A stretch of 64,000 bases of DNA. Source: Clostridia bacterium (lineage in GTDB: Bacteria > Bacillota > Clostridia > Oscillospirales > Acutalibacteraceae). This document shows, piece by piece, positions 31,994 through 41,615 of the stretch (position 1 is the stretch's first letter; each line of letters starts with the position of its first letter). The translations under genes were made by a program, and so were the position numbers. The notes under the pieces are model-generated. The model saw only the letters and a program-made list of their open reading frames with translations, was not told the DNA's origin and searched no databases. The DNA is taken from contig JAFUPA010000009.1 in NCBI GenBank assembly GCA_017481575.1, positions 5,058 to 69,057 on the forward strand, in the 5' to 3' direction.

Positions 31994-33193
31994 GTGTACG
32001 ATATAGTTGTTGTCGGAGCAGGTGCTTCGGGAATGGTGGCGGCAATAAGTGCCAAAAGTTTAAAACCAAGCCTTAAGGTTGTGCTTGTTGAAGCGTTACC
32101 GAGAGTAGGCAAAAAGATACTTGCAACGGGCAATGGCAGATGCAACCTTACAAACCTCACAGCGAACGCTCAAAGTTATAACACTTCGGCAGTTTCGTTT
32201 GTTTTGAAAGAACAATCTCCGAAAAGGATAGTGGGCTTCTTTTCTTCAATCGGTCTTGAATGTACGGCAGATTCCGAGTCAAGAGTTTACCCTATGAGCA
32301 ATACTGCAACGAGCGTGCTTGACTGCCTTCGTTTTGAATTAGAAAGGCTGGGTATTGAGGTTTTAACCGATACGAAAATAACCTCCGTCAAAAAAACTAA
32401 CGGTATATTTATTCTCAATTCTTCAATCAGGTGTAAAAGGCTTATTCTTTCAACAGGAGGCAAGGCTTCTCCGTCACAGGGCTCGGACGGTAGCGGTTAT
32501 CCTTTACTCCAAAGCCTTGAACACACCGTCACACCTCTTTATCCGGGGCTTGTACAGCTTACTGTCAAAGAGAATGTCAAAACCTTGAAAGGTGTTCGTG
32601 TAAAAGCGGATGTTTCTCTTAAAACAACAAGCGGAAAAAGCCTTGACCTGTCTTCGGGCGAAGTTTTGTTTACTGACTACGGACTTTCGGGAATTGCTGT
32701 TATGGATGTCAGCCGAAGTGTAGAAAATCACGGTTGCGTCTGTAACCTCAATATAATTCCCGAGCTTTCAGAGGACGGTATTGTCGATTTTATTATGCGT
32801 TCCAAGAAAAGGAATTCAACTCTTTTGCTTGAGGATGCTCTTTCGGGAATTGTTCCCAAAAAGCTCGGTCATTTTCTAATTAAAAAGACTGAACTTCGTT
32901 CCAATATAGCTTTAGCTGAACTCAAATTCCAGCAAATAACCCGTCTTGCGGAAATGCTTAAAGCATTAAGCTTTACAGTAACCGGAACAAAGGGCTTCGA
33001 CAATGCACAGATAACGGTTGGCGGTGCGGATGTCGATGAATTTGATATGAGCACACTGGAATCGAAAATCAACAAAGGCTTGTATTGTACGGGCGAACTC
33101 CTTGATGTAGATTCTCCTTGCGGAGGCTTCAATCTGCAATGGGCATGGGCAAGCGGAATTGTTGCAGGAAAAAGTGCGGCACAATCTTTATAA
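31994..33193 (+). CDS. NAD(P)/FAD-dependent oxidoreductase (HI0933/BaiN-like family)
   Basis: YDIVVVGAGASGMVAA dinucleotide fold and a GGRCNLTN-like motif (GNGRCNLTN). GTG 31994 (8 nt after GGAGG) preferred over 31985. Confidence 0.8.
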   Translation: MYDIVVVGAGASGMVAAISAKSLKPSLKVVLVEALPRVGKKILATGNGRCNLTNLTANAQSYNTSAVSFVLKEQSPKRIVGFFSSIGLECTADSESRVYPMSNTATSVLDCLRFELERLGIEVLTDTKITSVKKTNGIFILNSSIRCKRLILSTGGKASPSQGSDGSGYPLLQSLEHTVTPLYPGLVQLTVKENVKTLKGVRVKADVSLKTTSGKSLDLSSGEVLFTDYGLSGIAVMDVSRSVENHGCVCNLNIIPELSEDGIVDFIMRSKKRNSTLLLEDALSGIVPKKLGHFLIKKTELRSNIALAELKFQQITRLAEMLKALSFTVTGTKGFDNAQITVGGADVDEFDMSTLESKINKGLYCTGELLDVDSPCGGFNLQWAWASGIVAGKSAAQSL

Positions 33194-33200
33194 AACTAAA

Positions 33201-33230
33201 ACGGTCGGAATTTTCCGACCGTTAATTTTT
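33201..33230. terminator. Bidirectional terminator
   Basis: ACGGTCGGA-attt-TCCGACCGT followed by TAATTTTTT. Confidence 0.75.
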
Positions 33231-34093
33231 TACTCAATATCCTTCAAAGCGTCAATCTCGGCTTTATCAACCGTGATTCTCTTGTCTTTGATAAGCTTGA
33301 CTTCTTTTCTGTTATAAACAGCGGGAGCAGCTTCGGGGTATCTGTCAAGGCGGATTTTGAGAATTCCTTTAAGAAGATTTACCTCAACAACAGTGCCTTT
33401 GCCCTGTGGAGTGTCAACAATTGCACCAACTTTAGGTGTAACGTGCAAAAGATGCTCATAAGCGTTTTGCTCATACTTCAGACAGCACATAAGTCTGCCG
33501 CAAGTACCGCTGATTTTGGTGGGGTTAAGCGAAAGCCCCTGTTCCTTTGCCATCTTGATTGAAACAGGTTGGAAGTCGCCGAGGAAGCTATTACAGCAGA
33601 AAGGTCTGCCGCAGATTCCGAGGCCGCCTTTCATCTTAGATTCGTCACGAACACCAATCTGTCGAAGCTCAATTCGGATTCTGAAAACACTTGCAAGGTC
33701 TTTTACAAGCTCACGGAAGTCAACTCTGCCGTCAGAAGTGAAGTAGAAAAGCACTTTGCTGCCGTCAAAGGTATATTCAACGTCAACAAGCTTCATATCA
33801 AGCTTGTGAGCGGCAATCTTTTTAAGGCAGATTTCAAATGCATCTTTTTCCTTTTTCTTGTTGTTTTCAACAACTTCAAGGTCTTCATCCGACGCAAGGC
33901 GGATAATCGGCTTCAAGGGCTTAATGATTTCCTCGTCGTCGATTTCACGGTTTTCCATTGCAACCTCACCGCATTCAATTCCTCTTACGGTTTCAACAAT
34001 TGCGTGGTCACCCTTTTTAAATTTAATATCAAGGGGGTCAAAGTAATAAATTTTTCCGACCTCTTTAAATCGTATTCCGACTACTTCTGACAT
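33230..34093 (-). CDS. ricT: PSP1-domain protein RicT/YaaT (stage 0 sporulation protein)
   Basis: MSEVVGIRFKEVGKIYYFDP start and a Cys cluster (CGRPFCC...CGRLMCCLKYE). ATG 34093 has RBS GGAGGTA. Confidence 0.88.
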   Translation of the reverse strand: MSEVVGIRFKEVGKIYYFDPLDIKFKKGDHAIVETVRGIECGEVAMENREIDDEEIIKPLKPIIRLASDEDLEVVENNKKKEKDAFEICLKKIAAHKLDMKLVDVEYTFDGSKVLFYFTSDGRVDFRELVKDLASVFRIRIELRQIGVRDESKMKGGLGICGRPFCCNSFLGDFQPVSIKMAKEQGLSLNPTKISGTCGRLMCCLKYEQNAYEHLLHVTPKVGAIVDTPQGKGTVVEVNLLKGILKIRLDRYPEAAPAVYNRKEVKLIKDKRITVDKAEIDALKDIE

Positions 34094-34122
34094 AGTTAGA
34101 TACCTCCAATAGTATATAAAAC

Positions 34123-34986
34123 TTATGCACCGTATGCTGTGTTTCTGAGAACACTGCAAAGACGTGTGATAAGCAGGTTTTTATTAGCGTTTTTATTTAT
34201 GCAGTCAAAGAAATGCTCTGTGCTTTTTACAAGCTCAATAAGAGTTCTGAGAGCAAATTTTGAAGCAAGAAGTCTTGCTGTGTCTGCGTGCTTGCTTAAA
34301 ATAAGGTCACTCGATGAGCTTATTGCAACTGCATCACGGAAAATAAGCTGCATTGAAGTAAGAACAGGAGAGAGAAGCTCCTTGTCTTTTTCAAACACGG
34401 CTGTAAGACGCATAAAATCGAGCTCTGTAACACCTGCAAGTGCAACGGCGAGCCTGTTTGCAAGCTCGTCTGCCTTTTGTGCAACTTCGTCGTTAATCTC
34501 ATAATCGTCTGCACCTAGGTTAAACGGTGTAACTCGTGACATTATCGTTTCAAGCAACGATGCTCTCGACTCGCAAACAAGGATAAACCTTGCATACGGC
34601 GGTGGCTCTTCTATTATTTTAAGAAGTGCATTTTGTGCCTGAATGTTCATTTTGTCCGAGTTTTTAAGAATATAAACCTTGTGCTGTGCTTCGTTTGGCA
34701 AAATGTATGCGTCTTTGCGGATGTCTCTGACAGCGGCAATTTTAAAAATCTTTTCGTTCTGTAGCTCAGGGTCGGATACCACAATATCAGGATGAGACCC
34801 GTTTTTTGCTTTTTGACAATCAGAACAAATGCCGCACGGTATACCCCTATCGCAAACAAACGCACTCGCAATGTATAAAGCCAATTCGTTGCGCTTTGAA
34901 GCACTGCCCCCGTCAATTAAGATAGCATGGGGCAGTTTGCCGTTTTTTATTAGTTCATTTACCGTGTTGTAAATTTCACCGTTCAT
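34123..34986 (-). CDS. holB: DNA polymerase III delta-prime subunit
   Basis: LPHAILIDG, a zinc module (CGICSDCQK...HPD) and the SRV motif MSRV. ATG 34986 preferred. Confidence 0.85.
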   Translation of the reverse strand: MNGEIYNTVNELIKNGKLPHAILIDGGSASKRNELALYIASAFVCDRGIPCGICSDCQKAKNGSHPDIVVSDPELQNEKIFKIAAVRDIRKDAYILPNEAQHKVYILKNSDKMNIQAQNALLKIIEEPPPYARFILVCESRASLLETIMSRVTPFNLGADDYEINDEVAQKADELANRLAVALAGVTELDFMRLTAVFEKDKELLSPVLTSMQLIFRDAVAISSSSDLILSKHADTARLLASKFALRTLIELVKSTEHFFDCINKNANKNLLITRLCSVLRNTAYGA

Positions 34987-35005
34987 AGTAAGTGTACTCA
35001 ATTCA

Positions 35006-35329
35006 TTACATTTTGTGGAACTGCTCAACATCAATTACAAACACCGTTGCACCGCCTACGGTAATCTGCACGGGGATTGCAGGCATAATACCGCCCTCAA
35101 TCGAAGGCATAACAGGTGTCAGCTCTTCACGCTTGCGGCAATTAGCCTTAAGCAATTCGAGCAACTCATCAACCTTTTCGTCATCAACGCCCATAAGGAG
35201 TGTGAGATTGCCTGCACGCAAAAAGCCGCCTGTTGTGGAAAGCTTTGTAGCGTAAAAGCCTGCCTTTGTAATCTCGCTGAGGACGTTCTGTGAATCGTCG
35301 CTGTTGATAATGGCAATGATAAGTTTCAT
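35006..35329 (-). CDS. darA: PII-like cyclic-di-AMP receptor DarA/YaaQ
   Basis: 107 aa, MKLIIAIINSDD...ATKLSTTGGFLRAGN. Conserved position upstream of holB. Confidence 0.85.
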   Translation of the reverse strand: MKLIIAIINSDDSQNVLSEITKAGFYATKLSTTGGFLRAGNLTLLMGVDDEKVDELLELLKANCRKREELTPVMPSIEGGIMPAIPVQITVGGATVFVIDVEQFHKM

Positions 35330-35355
35330 GGCAAATATCCCTTCTTTTATTTAAA

Positions 35356-36159
35356 TTATTCTTCAAATATTTTAAGGTTGCGTTTAATAACTTTTTCTCC
35401 ACGCCACGCATAAGCACGGTCAGAAATATCCGTACCTGTGCGTGCTGTTAATTCAGCACCGTTTTTAAAAATTTCAATCGGCTCTGACTTGACAGTTTTG
35501 TTCATCGGGCAAACATTCTGGCAGATGTCACAACCCCACGCACAACCGCTGTCTTTAATCAGCTTTTTTTGCTCGTCTGTGAGTTCACCCTTTTTTTGGG
35601 TTATGAAGGATAAACACAGTTCAGACTCAATGCCGTTTGAGCTGATTGCTTTTGTCGGGCAGGCGGAAACACATTTTCCGCACTTAATGCACATTGTTTC
35701 AGCTTCTGTAAGGTCAGGATAATTGTACTCTTTAGTTGTCACAATTTCTCCGATAAATATCCACGAGCCGTAAGACGGGTTAATAAACAGTCCGTTAAGA
35801 CCCCTGACACCGAGACCTGCGAGTATTGCCGCTTTTACCTCGGGGATAGGTGAGTTGTCGGTAAATGCCACAAACTCCTCTTCGGGATATGCTTCTTTAA
35901 GCTTTGTTGCAGTATCTTGCAACAACTTTCCGATAACATCGTGATAGTCGGGAACAACAGCATATTTTGAAATGTTCGAACCCTCATAAGCATCTTCACC
36001 GAGATTATAAGGAAAAAGTGCAACAATAACACTTTTAGTGTTTTGGGGAATTCTTTTTAAAGCTCTGCATTCAATTAAAGATTCCTTGATTTTATTGAAA
36101 TCGCAAAAACCGAATACAGGAGTGATTTCGGACAATATCTTTTCGGTCATATACGTCAC
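35356..36159 (-). CDS. queG: Epoxyqueuosine reductase QueG-like 4Fe-4S protein
   Basis: DYHDV..., AGLGVRGLN, CIKCGKCVSACPTKAI and GCDICQNVCPMN motifs. Shorter than the canonical QueG. Confidence 0.7.
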   Translation of the reverse strand: MTYMTEKILSEITPVFGFCDFNKIKESLIECRALKRIPQNTKSVIVALFPYNLGEDAYEGSNISKYAVVPDYHDVIGKLLQDTATKLKEAYPEEEFVAFTDNSPIPEVKAAILAGLGVRGLNGLFINPSYGSWIFIGEIVTTKEYNYPDLTEAETMCIKCGKCVSACPTKAISSNGIESELCLSFITQKKGELTDEQKKLIKDSGCAWGCDICQNVCPMNKTVKSEPIEIFKNGAELTARTGTDISDRAYAWRGEKVIKRNLKIFEE

Positions 36160-36161
36160 CT

Positions 36162-37100
36162 CTACGCAATCGTTTGCACAGCGGCTATTATAATCGGCAT
36201 GGTGACGATTGAAATAAAGCTTACCGTTGCAACCACCTGTGCGGCGAGGCTTGTATCCTTATCATACTTTGCGGCAAACATTACCGTGTTGTTTGCGGTC
36301 GGAGCACACGAAGAAATGGTAAGTGCCGTAAGAAGTGTTCCTGAAAGCCCTGCAAGCTTATAAATCACAATCATAATTGCGGGCAAAATAATCAATTTTG
36401 ACAGCGCAACAAGCAGGATTTTTTTGTGTTTAAATACATCTCCAAGCTTTGTATGAGCAAGGAATGTTCCGAAAATAAGCATTGCAACAGGTGTCTGTGT
36501 AGATGCAATGTAATTAACGGGTTGGTTAATAATTTCGGGCAAATCTATCTTCAAAAGGAAGAGGGGAAGACCGATTAAAACAGAAATAACCCCGGGGTTA
36601 AAAATGAGCTTCTTTGGGTCAAATTTACCCGATTTCCTGTCCATCATATATATGCCGTGAGTGAAAGCGACAACATTAAAAGCCATTACTACAGCAGAAC
36701 AGTAGAAAACACCCTCGCTTCCTAAAATAGCCTCGGTCAAAGGCAAGGTCATATAGCCGACATTACCGTAAATTGAGCTGTATTTGTAGATACAGTTTGC
36801 CTCACGGTCACCTTTAAGATAGATAAGCGTGTTAAGTCCGATTGCAACGAAGTGCAGCAAAAAGCCGAAGCCAACAGCTGTAAGAAGGCTCAGACCGCTT
36901 TCTTTTGTAAATTCCTGTGTAAGGAAGGACTTTATGATTACGCACGGTGTAATGATGTAAAAAAGCAAATCAGTACAGGCTTTTGCTGTCTTTTCTGTGA
37001 AAAAGCCAACTTTATCGCAAATTATGCCGACAAGCACAATCATATATAGTATACCGACCTGTTGTGCAGCAATTTTAACATTTTCTAAAAACATATTCAA
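36162..37100 (-). CDS. AEC-family (auxin efflux carrier/malate permease-like) transporter
   Basis: 312 aa, about 10 TM helices, AEC-like sequence. Confidence 0.75.
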   Translation of the reverse strand: MNMFLENVKIAAQQVGILYMIVLVGIICDKVGFFTEKTAKACTDLLFYIITPCVIIKSFLTQEFTKESGLSLLTAVGFGFLLHFVAIGLNTLIYLKGDREANCIYKYSSIYGNVGYMTLPLTEAILGSEGVFYCSAVVMAFNVVAFTHGIYMMDRKSGKFDPKKLIFNPGVISVLIGLPLFLLKIDLPEIINQPVNYIASTQTPVAMLIFGTFLAHTKLGDVFKHKKILLVALSKLIILPAIMIVIYKLAGLSGTLLTALTISSCAPTANNTVMFAAKYDKDTSLAAQVVATVSFISIVTMPIIIAAVQTIA

Positions 37101-37121
37101 ACTCCGTAATACCGCTGATAA

Positions 37122-38006
37122 TTATTCTGTGACGGTAATTTTTGCCTTTGCGGCAGAAATGCAGATGTAAGTTGCATATACAGCAAATGTAAAGTCGCTG
37201 AAGTTTGGCAGATAAGTCGGGTTAACCAAGTCTGAATTTCCTGTAATGATAAGAATGAACCTCGGCAGAAAGCAAACCAAAGAGAACATAACAGCAGGGC
37301 AGCCGTATGCAAATAGCTTCCAGAAAACTGTCTTTTCATCAATTTTTGAGTTTACCTGTGCAAGTGCAAGGAGGAACATCATAACAAAAACAATCATAAA
37401 CATCTCAAGCAGAAGGTCAGAAACGTTTACAAAGCTTATTGTTCTCTTAAATCTGATAAGTAAGCGGAAAATGCACCACGCAACAGGAAAAACAGCAAGC
37501 AATTTCAATTTCGGAGCATTAGTTTTGTTGAGTGATGATATTCCTGCAACAGCAAAATAGATTGCAGATATAATTCCGAAAATAGCCTGAATCAACATAA
37601 TTGAGCCGCCCTGGGCTGAAATATAGTCAGACATATTGATGTAACCGTTTGTTCCTTCGGAATAAAGTGAAAGATAGTCTGAAAACATACCAAAAGAATC
37701 AACAGCAACTCCTAATGCCATCAGCATACTCACACCGATAAAAATCTTTGAATCCTTACCGATTGTAACGACTTTGATGGATTTATGCTTGATATACGAA
37801 AAAGCAATGCAAGCAAACATAGCAACAGCCAGTACTGCATATACAACAACTATCGAAAAATCCTTGTTGTCATAAAAACCTGTTTCGGGGTTGATAAGCT
37901 TGAAGTATTGGTAAACACGCAGAGGAACTGCAATAAGAACTGCCGTCAAAACGGCAAAAAGCGGTACTTTATATAAAAGGTCTTTGTTTTTGTTCATAGT
38001 GTTCAC
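37122..38006 (-). CDS. Polytopic membrane protein of unknown function
   Basis: 294 aa, about 8 hydrophobic helices, no motif I recognise. Its start lies 1 nt after the citrate synthase stop. Confidence 0.7.
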   Translation of the reverse strand: MNTMNKNKDLLYKVPLFAVLTAVLIAVPLRVYQYFKLINPETGFYDNKDFSIVVVYAVLAVAMFACIAFSYIKHKSIKVVTIGKDSKIFIGVSMLMALGVAVDSFGMFSDYLSLYSEGTNGYINMSDYISAQGGSIMLIQAIFGIISAIYFAVAGISSLNKTNAPKLKLLAVFPVAWCIFRLLIRFKRTISFVNVSDLLLEMFMIVFVMMFLLALAQVNSKIDEKTVFWKLFAYGCPAVMFSLVCFLPRFILIITGNSDLVNPTYLPNFSDFTFAVYATYICISAAKAKITVTE

Positions 38007-38007
38007 C

Positions 38008-39429
38008 TTATTTTATAATCCTTTCTTCAAACGGAATGTAATTTGTATCGGGCACGAATTCGTCAATTCTGTCTTCAAGCTTGATATAATTTCTTCTTGT
38101 AGACACGCTCTTATATGCAGGACGGATAATCTTTCCGCCTGTCATAAGCTCTTCAAGTCTGTGAGCTGACCAGCCCGCAATTCTGGCCGTTGTGAAGAGG
38201 GGAGTATAGATGTCCTCCGGAATACGGAGCATTTCATAAATAAGTCCTGAATAAAGGTCAACGTTTGCACAAATTGGTTTATTACTACCCTTGATTGTTG
38301 CAAATACTTCGGGAGTAAGACGCTCAATCATATTGATAAGCTCAAATTTTTCCTCAAAGCCTGCTTTGTATGCGAATTTTCTTGCCTCTTCTTTAAGAAT
38401 AACAGCTCTCGGGTCAGAAAGTGTATAAACTGCGTGACCCATACCGTAAACAAGACCTGAACGGTCACCGGCTTCTTTTTTGATGATTTTTGCAAGAAAA
38501 TCTGCAACTTGTCCTTCATTTGTTGTATCACTAACACCCTCCTGGATGTACTTGATCATTTCGGTTGTTTTGATGTTTGCTCCACCGTGCTTCGGACCCT
38601 TAAGAGCACCGATACCTGCCGCAATGGCTGCGTATGTATCTGTACCGCTTGAAGTAAGCACTCTTGTTGCAAAGGTTGAGTTGTTACCGCCGCCGTGTTC
38701 AGCGTGTACCATAAGGCAAAGGTCTAGAAGCTTTGCCTCCTCGTCCGTGAAGTTCTTGTCAGAACGCATTGAACGAAGAACTGACTCTGCCGTTGACTGG
38801 TTGGGCTTTGTCGGGTGGATATACATACTCTTTTTGTAGTAATGACGTCTTTTTACCTGGTATGCATAAGACATAATTACCGGAATCTGAGCAATGATCT
38901 GAATTGACTGTCTGACGATATTCTCAATTGAAGGGTCGTCGGGATTACGGTCATAAGAATAAAGAGCAAGCACCGAGCGTGTAATTTTGTTCATAATGTT
39001 GGGTGAGGGTGCTTTCATAATCATATCTTCAATAAAATCTTCAGGCAGGTTTCTGCATTCTGCAAGGATTTCATTGAATTTCTGCAATTGAGATGTTGTG
39101 GGAAGCGAGCCGAAAATAAGAAGCCATGCAACCTCCTCAAAGCCGAATCTGTTTTCTGCTTTACAGTTTTCAACGATTTCTTTTATGTTCACACCACGGA
39201 AGTAGAGTTTACCTTCCATCGGCACTCTTTCACCGTCATCAATGTAGTAGCCGTTAACAGAGCTTATCTTTGTAAGACCGGCCATAACGCCTGTACCGTC
39301 AGCGTTTCTGAGTCCACGTTTTACTCCGAATTTTACGAAATCGCCCGAATTAATCTGATTATTTTTAACGAGCTCCTCAACAAGGAACTCGACATTCTCT
39401 TTTGTAATAGGTGTTAAATAAGAATCCAT
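38008..39429 (-). CDS. Citrate synthase
   Basis: 473 aa. Motifs HAEHGGGNNST and GMGHAVYTLSDPRA of the citrate synthase family. Confidence 0.88.
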   Translation of the reverse strand: MDSYLTPITKENVEFLVEELVKNNQINSGDFVKFGVKRGLRNADGTGVMAGLTKISSVNGYYIDDGERVPMEGKLYFRGVNIKEIVENCKAENRFGFEEVAWLLIFGSLPTTSQLQKFNEILAECRNLPEDFIEDMIMKAPSPNIMNKITRSVLALYSYDRNPDDPSIENIVRQSIQIIAQIPVIMSYAYQVKRRHYYKKSMYIHPTKPNQSTAESVLRSMRSDKNFTDEEAKLLDLCLMVHAEHGGGNNSTFATRVLTSSGTDTYAAIAAGIGALKGPKHGGANIKTTEMIKYIQEGVSDTTNEGQVADFLAKIIKKEAGDRSGLVYGMGHAVYTLSDPRAVILKEEARKFAYKAGFEEKFELINMIERLTPEVFATIKGSNKPICANVDLYSGLIYEMLRIPEDIYTPLFTTARIAGWSAHRLEELMTGGKIIRPAYKSVSTRRNYIKLEDRIDEFVPDTNYIPFEERIIK

Positions 39430-39573
39430 AGTTTCACCGCCAAATAATATTTCAGAACATTATACTATATATTGTCTTGTAAAGTCAAGAAAATTGCAGA
39501 GAAAATATATGCTTATAAAGAGTAATTATTTACAGCTTGTCTGCATAGTATTTTCGTGTGGGAGGAATGAAAA

Positions 39574-40524
39574 ATGAAAAGAAATTTTACGGTCTGCGCA
39601 ATACTTGCGGCGGCTATGATTTTAATACCGCTTGCAGCTATGAAGCAGGGCGAAACCAAGGTGGTATCCGACATTGATGACCCTGTCACTACAGATGGTT
39701 ACATAAGCGTTATGAAAACTGAAAACGGTAAGGTTGAAGAGTTGGATGAAAGGGAATATCTTATTGGTGCTTTAGCGGCTGAAATGGATATTACCTGCCA
39801 CGATGAGGCTTTGAAAGCACAGGTGATTGCGTGCTATACCTACGTTCTTTATACCAGAGAAAACGGTTCATCGGATGATTTGAATGGTGCTGACATTTCC
39901 GACAGTCCGCAGACCCATCAGGGTTACCTTAACGAGGAACAAAGAAAGAAAAAGTGGGGAGAAAAATTTGAAGAATACGAAAAGAAAGCAGGCGAAATTG
40001 TTGATTCTGTCTCGGGCCAGGCTGTGTATTATGAGGAGAAACCGATTATGGCAGTTTATCACGACCTGAACAGCGGAAAAACACAAAGTGCATCAACTGT
40101 CTGGAAAAAGGATGTTCCATATCTTATTGAGGTTGAAAGTCCGGGAGATAAGCTTTCAACAGCATATAGTTCGGAGGTCAGCTTTACATACGACGAGTTT
40201 GAAAAAATGATTAAAAAAATAGACGGAGTTACGCTTGACAAAGATAAAGAAAAATGGATTGGCGATGTAAAAAAGAACGGAGATTATGTTGAGAGTGTTG
40301 AAGTGTGTGGTAACAAAATTTCTTCGGTCGATTTCCGTACAGCTCTTGACCTTAAAAGCTGTTGCTTTAAGATTAATTCGGACGAAGACGGTATCACGGT
40401 TGAAACCCTTGGCAACGGTCATCTTGTTGGTATGAGCCAATACGGTGCTGATTATATGTCAAGGCAGGGGGCAGACTACCGAGAAATATTGACACATTAT
40501 TACCCCGGCACAAAAATTCAATGA
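39574..40524 (+). CDS. spoIID: Stage II sporulation protein D (SpoIID/LytB domain)
   Basis: N-terminal TM helix, AVYHDLNSGKT and GMSQYGADYM motifs. RBS GGGAGG. Confidence 0.85.
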   Translation: MKRNFTVCAILAAAMILIPLAAMKQGETKVVSDIDDPVTTDGYISVMKTENGKVEELDEREYLIGALAAEMDITCHDEALKAQVIACYTYVLYTRENGSSDDLNGADISDSPQTHQGYLNEEQRKKKWGEKFEEYEKKAGEIVDSVSGQAVYYEEKPIMAVYHDLNSGKTQSASTVWKKDVPYLIEVESPGDKLSTAYSSEVSFTYDEFEKMIKKIDGVTLDKDKEKWIGDVKKNGDYVESVEVCGNKISSVDFRTALDLKSCCFKINSDEDGITVETLGNGHLVGMSQYGADYMSRQGADYREILTHYYPGTKIQ

Positions 40525-40551
40525 ATATTTGATTAATTTTTGCAAAAACTA

Positions 40552-40579
40552 TTGCATTTTTTTGCGGTTATGATACAAT
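40552..40579 (+). promoter_or_regulatory. Sigma-A-type promoter of the ferredoxin gene
   Basis: TTGCAT-16 nt-TACAAT. Confidence 0.6.
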
Positions 40580-40612
40580 AGTGTCAAATCTGGGACAAGG
40601 AGGATGAACAAA

Positions 40613-40783
40613 ATGGCATTTAAGATTACTGATGATTGCATTTCATGCGGAGCTTGCGAGGCTGAGTGTCCGGTAGGCGCTATCGCTGAAGGCGACGGAA
40701 AGTATGAAATCGATGCTGATGCTTGCGTTTCTTGCGGCGCTTGTGCAGACGCTTGCCCGGTAGCAGCTCCTGTTGAGGAATAA
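40613..40783 (+). CDS. fdx: Clostridial-type 2x[4Fe-4S] ferredoxin (56 aa)
   Basis: Own translation: MAFKITDDCISCGACEAECPVGAIAEGDGKYEIDADACVSCGACADACPVAAPVEE. Two CxxCxxCxxxCP motifs and RBS AAGGAGG. Below the track length cutoff. Confidence 0.93.
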   Translation: MAFKITDDCISCGACEAECPVGAIAEGDGKYEIDADACVSCGACADACPVAAPVEE

Positions 40784-40800
40784 TCGATTTTTACTACTTG

Positions 40801-40829
40801 CAGGGTGGATTTTATCCACCCTGTTTTTC
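40801..40829 (+). terminator. Intrinsic terminator of fdx
   Basis: CAGGGTGGA-ttttа-like loop: CAGGGTGGAT/ATCCACCCTG stem followed by TTTTTC. Confidence 0.8.
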
Positions 40830-40880
40830 TTTTTGACATAATTTTACTTTGGTAGTATAATAACGAATTGAGGTGATTGT

Positions 40881-41615
40881 ATGGCAGATTTCCGAACAGA
40901 ATATCTCGGAGGCGGTGTAAGTGTTGTCGTTTCCGATGAGCACTCATTTGGCACAGATGCTGTTTTACTTGCCGACTTTGCCTCACCTAAACGTAAAGAA
41001 AATGCCTGCGATTTCGGTACGGGATGCGGTATAATTCCTATGATTTGGTACCGCAACGGCAATGCAAAAAATATCTGGGGTGTCGAGCTTCAGAAGCAAG
41101 GCTTTGAACAGGCACAGGAGTCTGTAAAAATAAGCAATGCTGAAGAAAAAGTCAGTGTGATAAATCACGATTTAAAGGATATTAAATCCGTTTTTGACCA
41201 CGCTTCTATGGATGTTGTAACTATGAATCCACCCTACAAAGCGGCGGACAGCGGTATTAAAAGTGTATCACAAGCCGATCTTATTGCCCGTCACGAGGTT
41301 GAGTGCAATCTTACAGATATCACAGGGGCGGCGGCTTATCTTTTGAATTATGGCGGAAGACTGTGTATGTGTAACCGTCCCGAACGCTTGAGCGATACAA
41401 TTTTTGCCATGAAACAAGCAGGAATTGAGCCGAAAAGATTGCGTTTTGTTGTTAAACGACCTGATACAAGACCGTGGCTTTTCCTGATTGAGGGTAAAAA
41501 GGGGAGTAAGCCGTATCTCAACGTTGACCCGATGCTCATTATGTACGGCGATGACGGCAACTTGTCCGAAGAAGTAATCAAAATTTACGGAGAATATAAG
41601 GAGAACGTAAAGTGA
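40881..41615 (+). CDS. tRNA (adenine-N6)-methyltransferase, YabB/TrmN6-like
   Basis: SAM motif DFGTGCG and the NPPY motif. Conserved position next to rsmI. Confidence 0.8.
   Translation: MADFRTEYLGGGVSVVVSDEHSFGTDAVLLADFASPKRKENACDFGTGCGIIPMIWYRNGNAKNIWGVELQKQGFEQAQESVKISNAEEKVSVINHDLKDIKSVFDHASMDVVTMNPPYKAADSGIKSVSQADLIARHEVECNLTDITGAAAYLLNYGGRLCMCNRPERLSDTIFAMKQAGIEPKRLRFVVKRPDTRPWLFLIEGKKGSKPYLNVDPMLIMYGDDGNLSEEVIKIYGEYKENVK

Noticed and set aside
40549-40986. 145-aa minus-strand ORF
   Set aside because: It covers the ferredoxin gene antisense, an intergenic terminator and the 5' end of the methyltransferase gene. The plus-strand ferredoxin has canonical motifs, a promoter, an RBS and a terminator.
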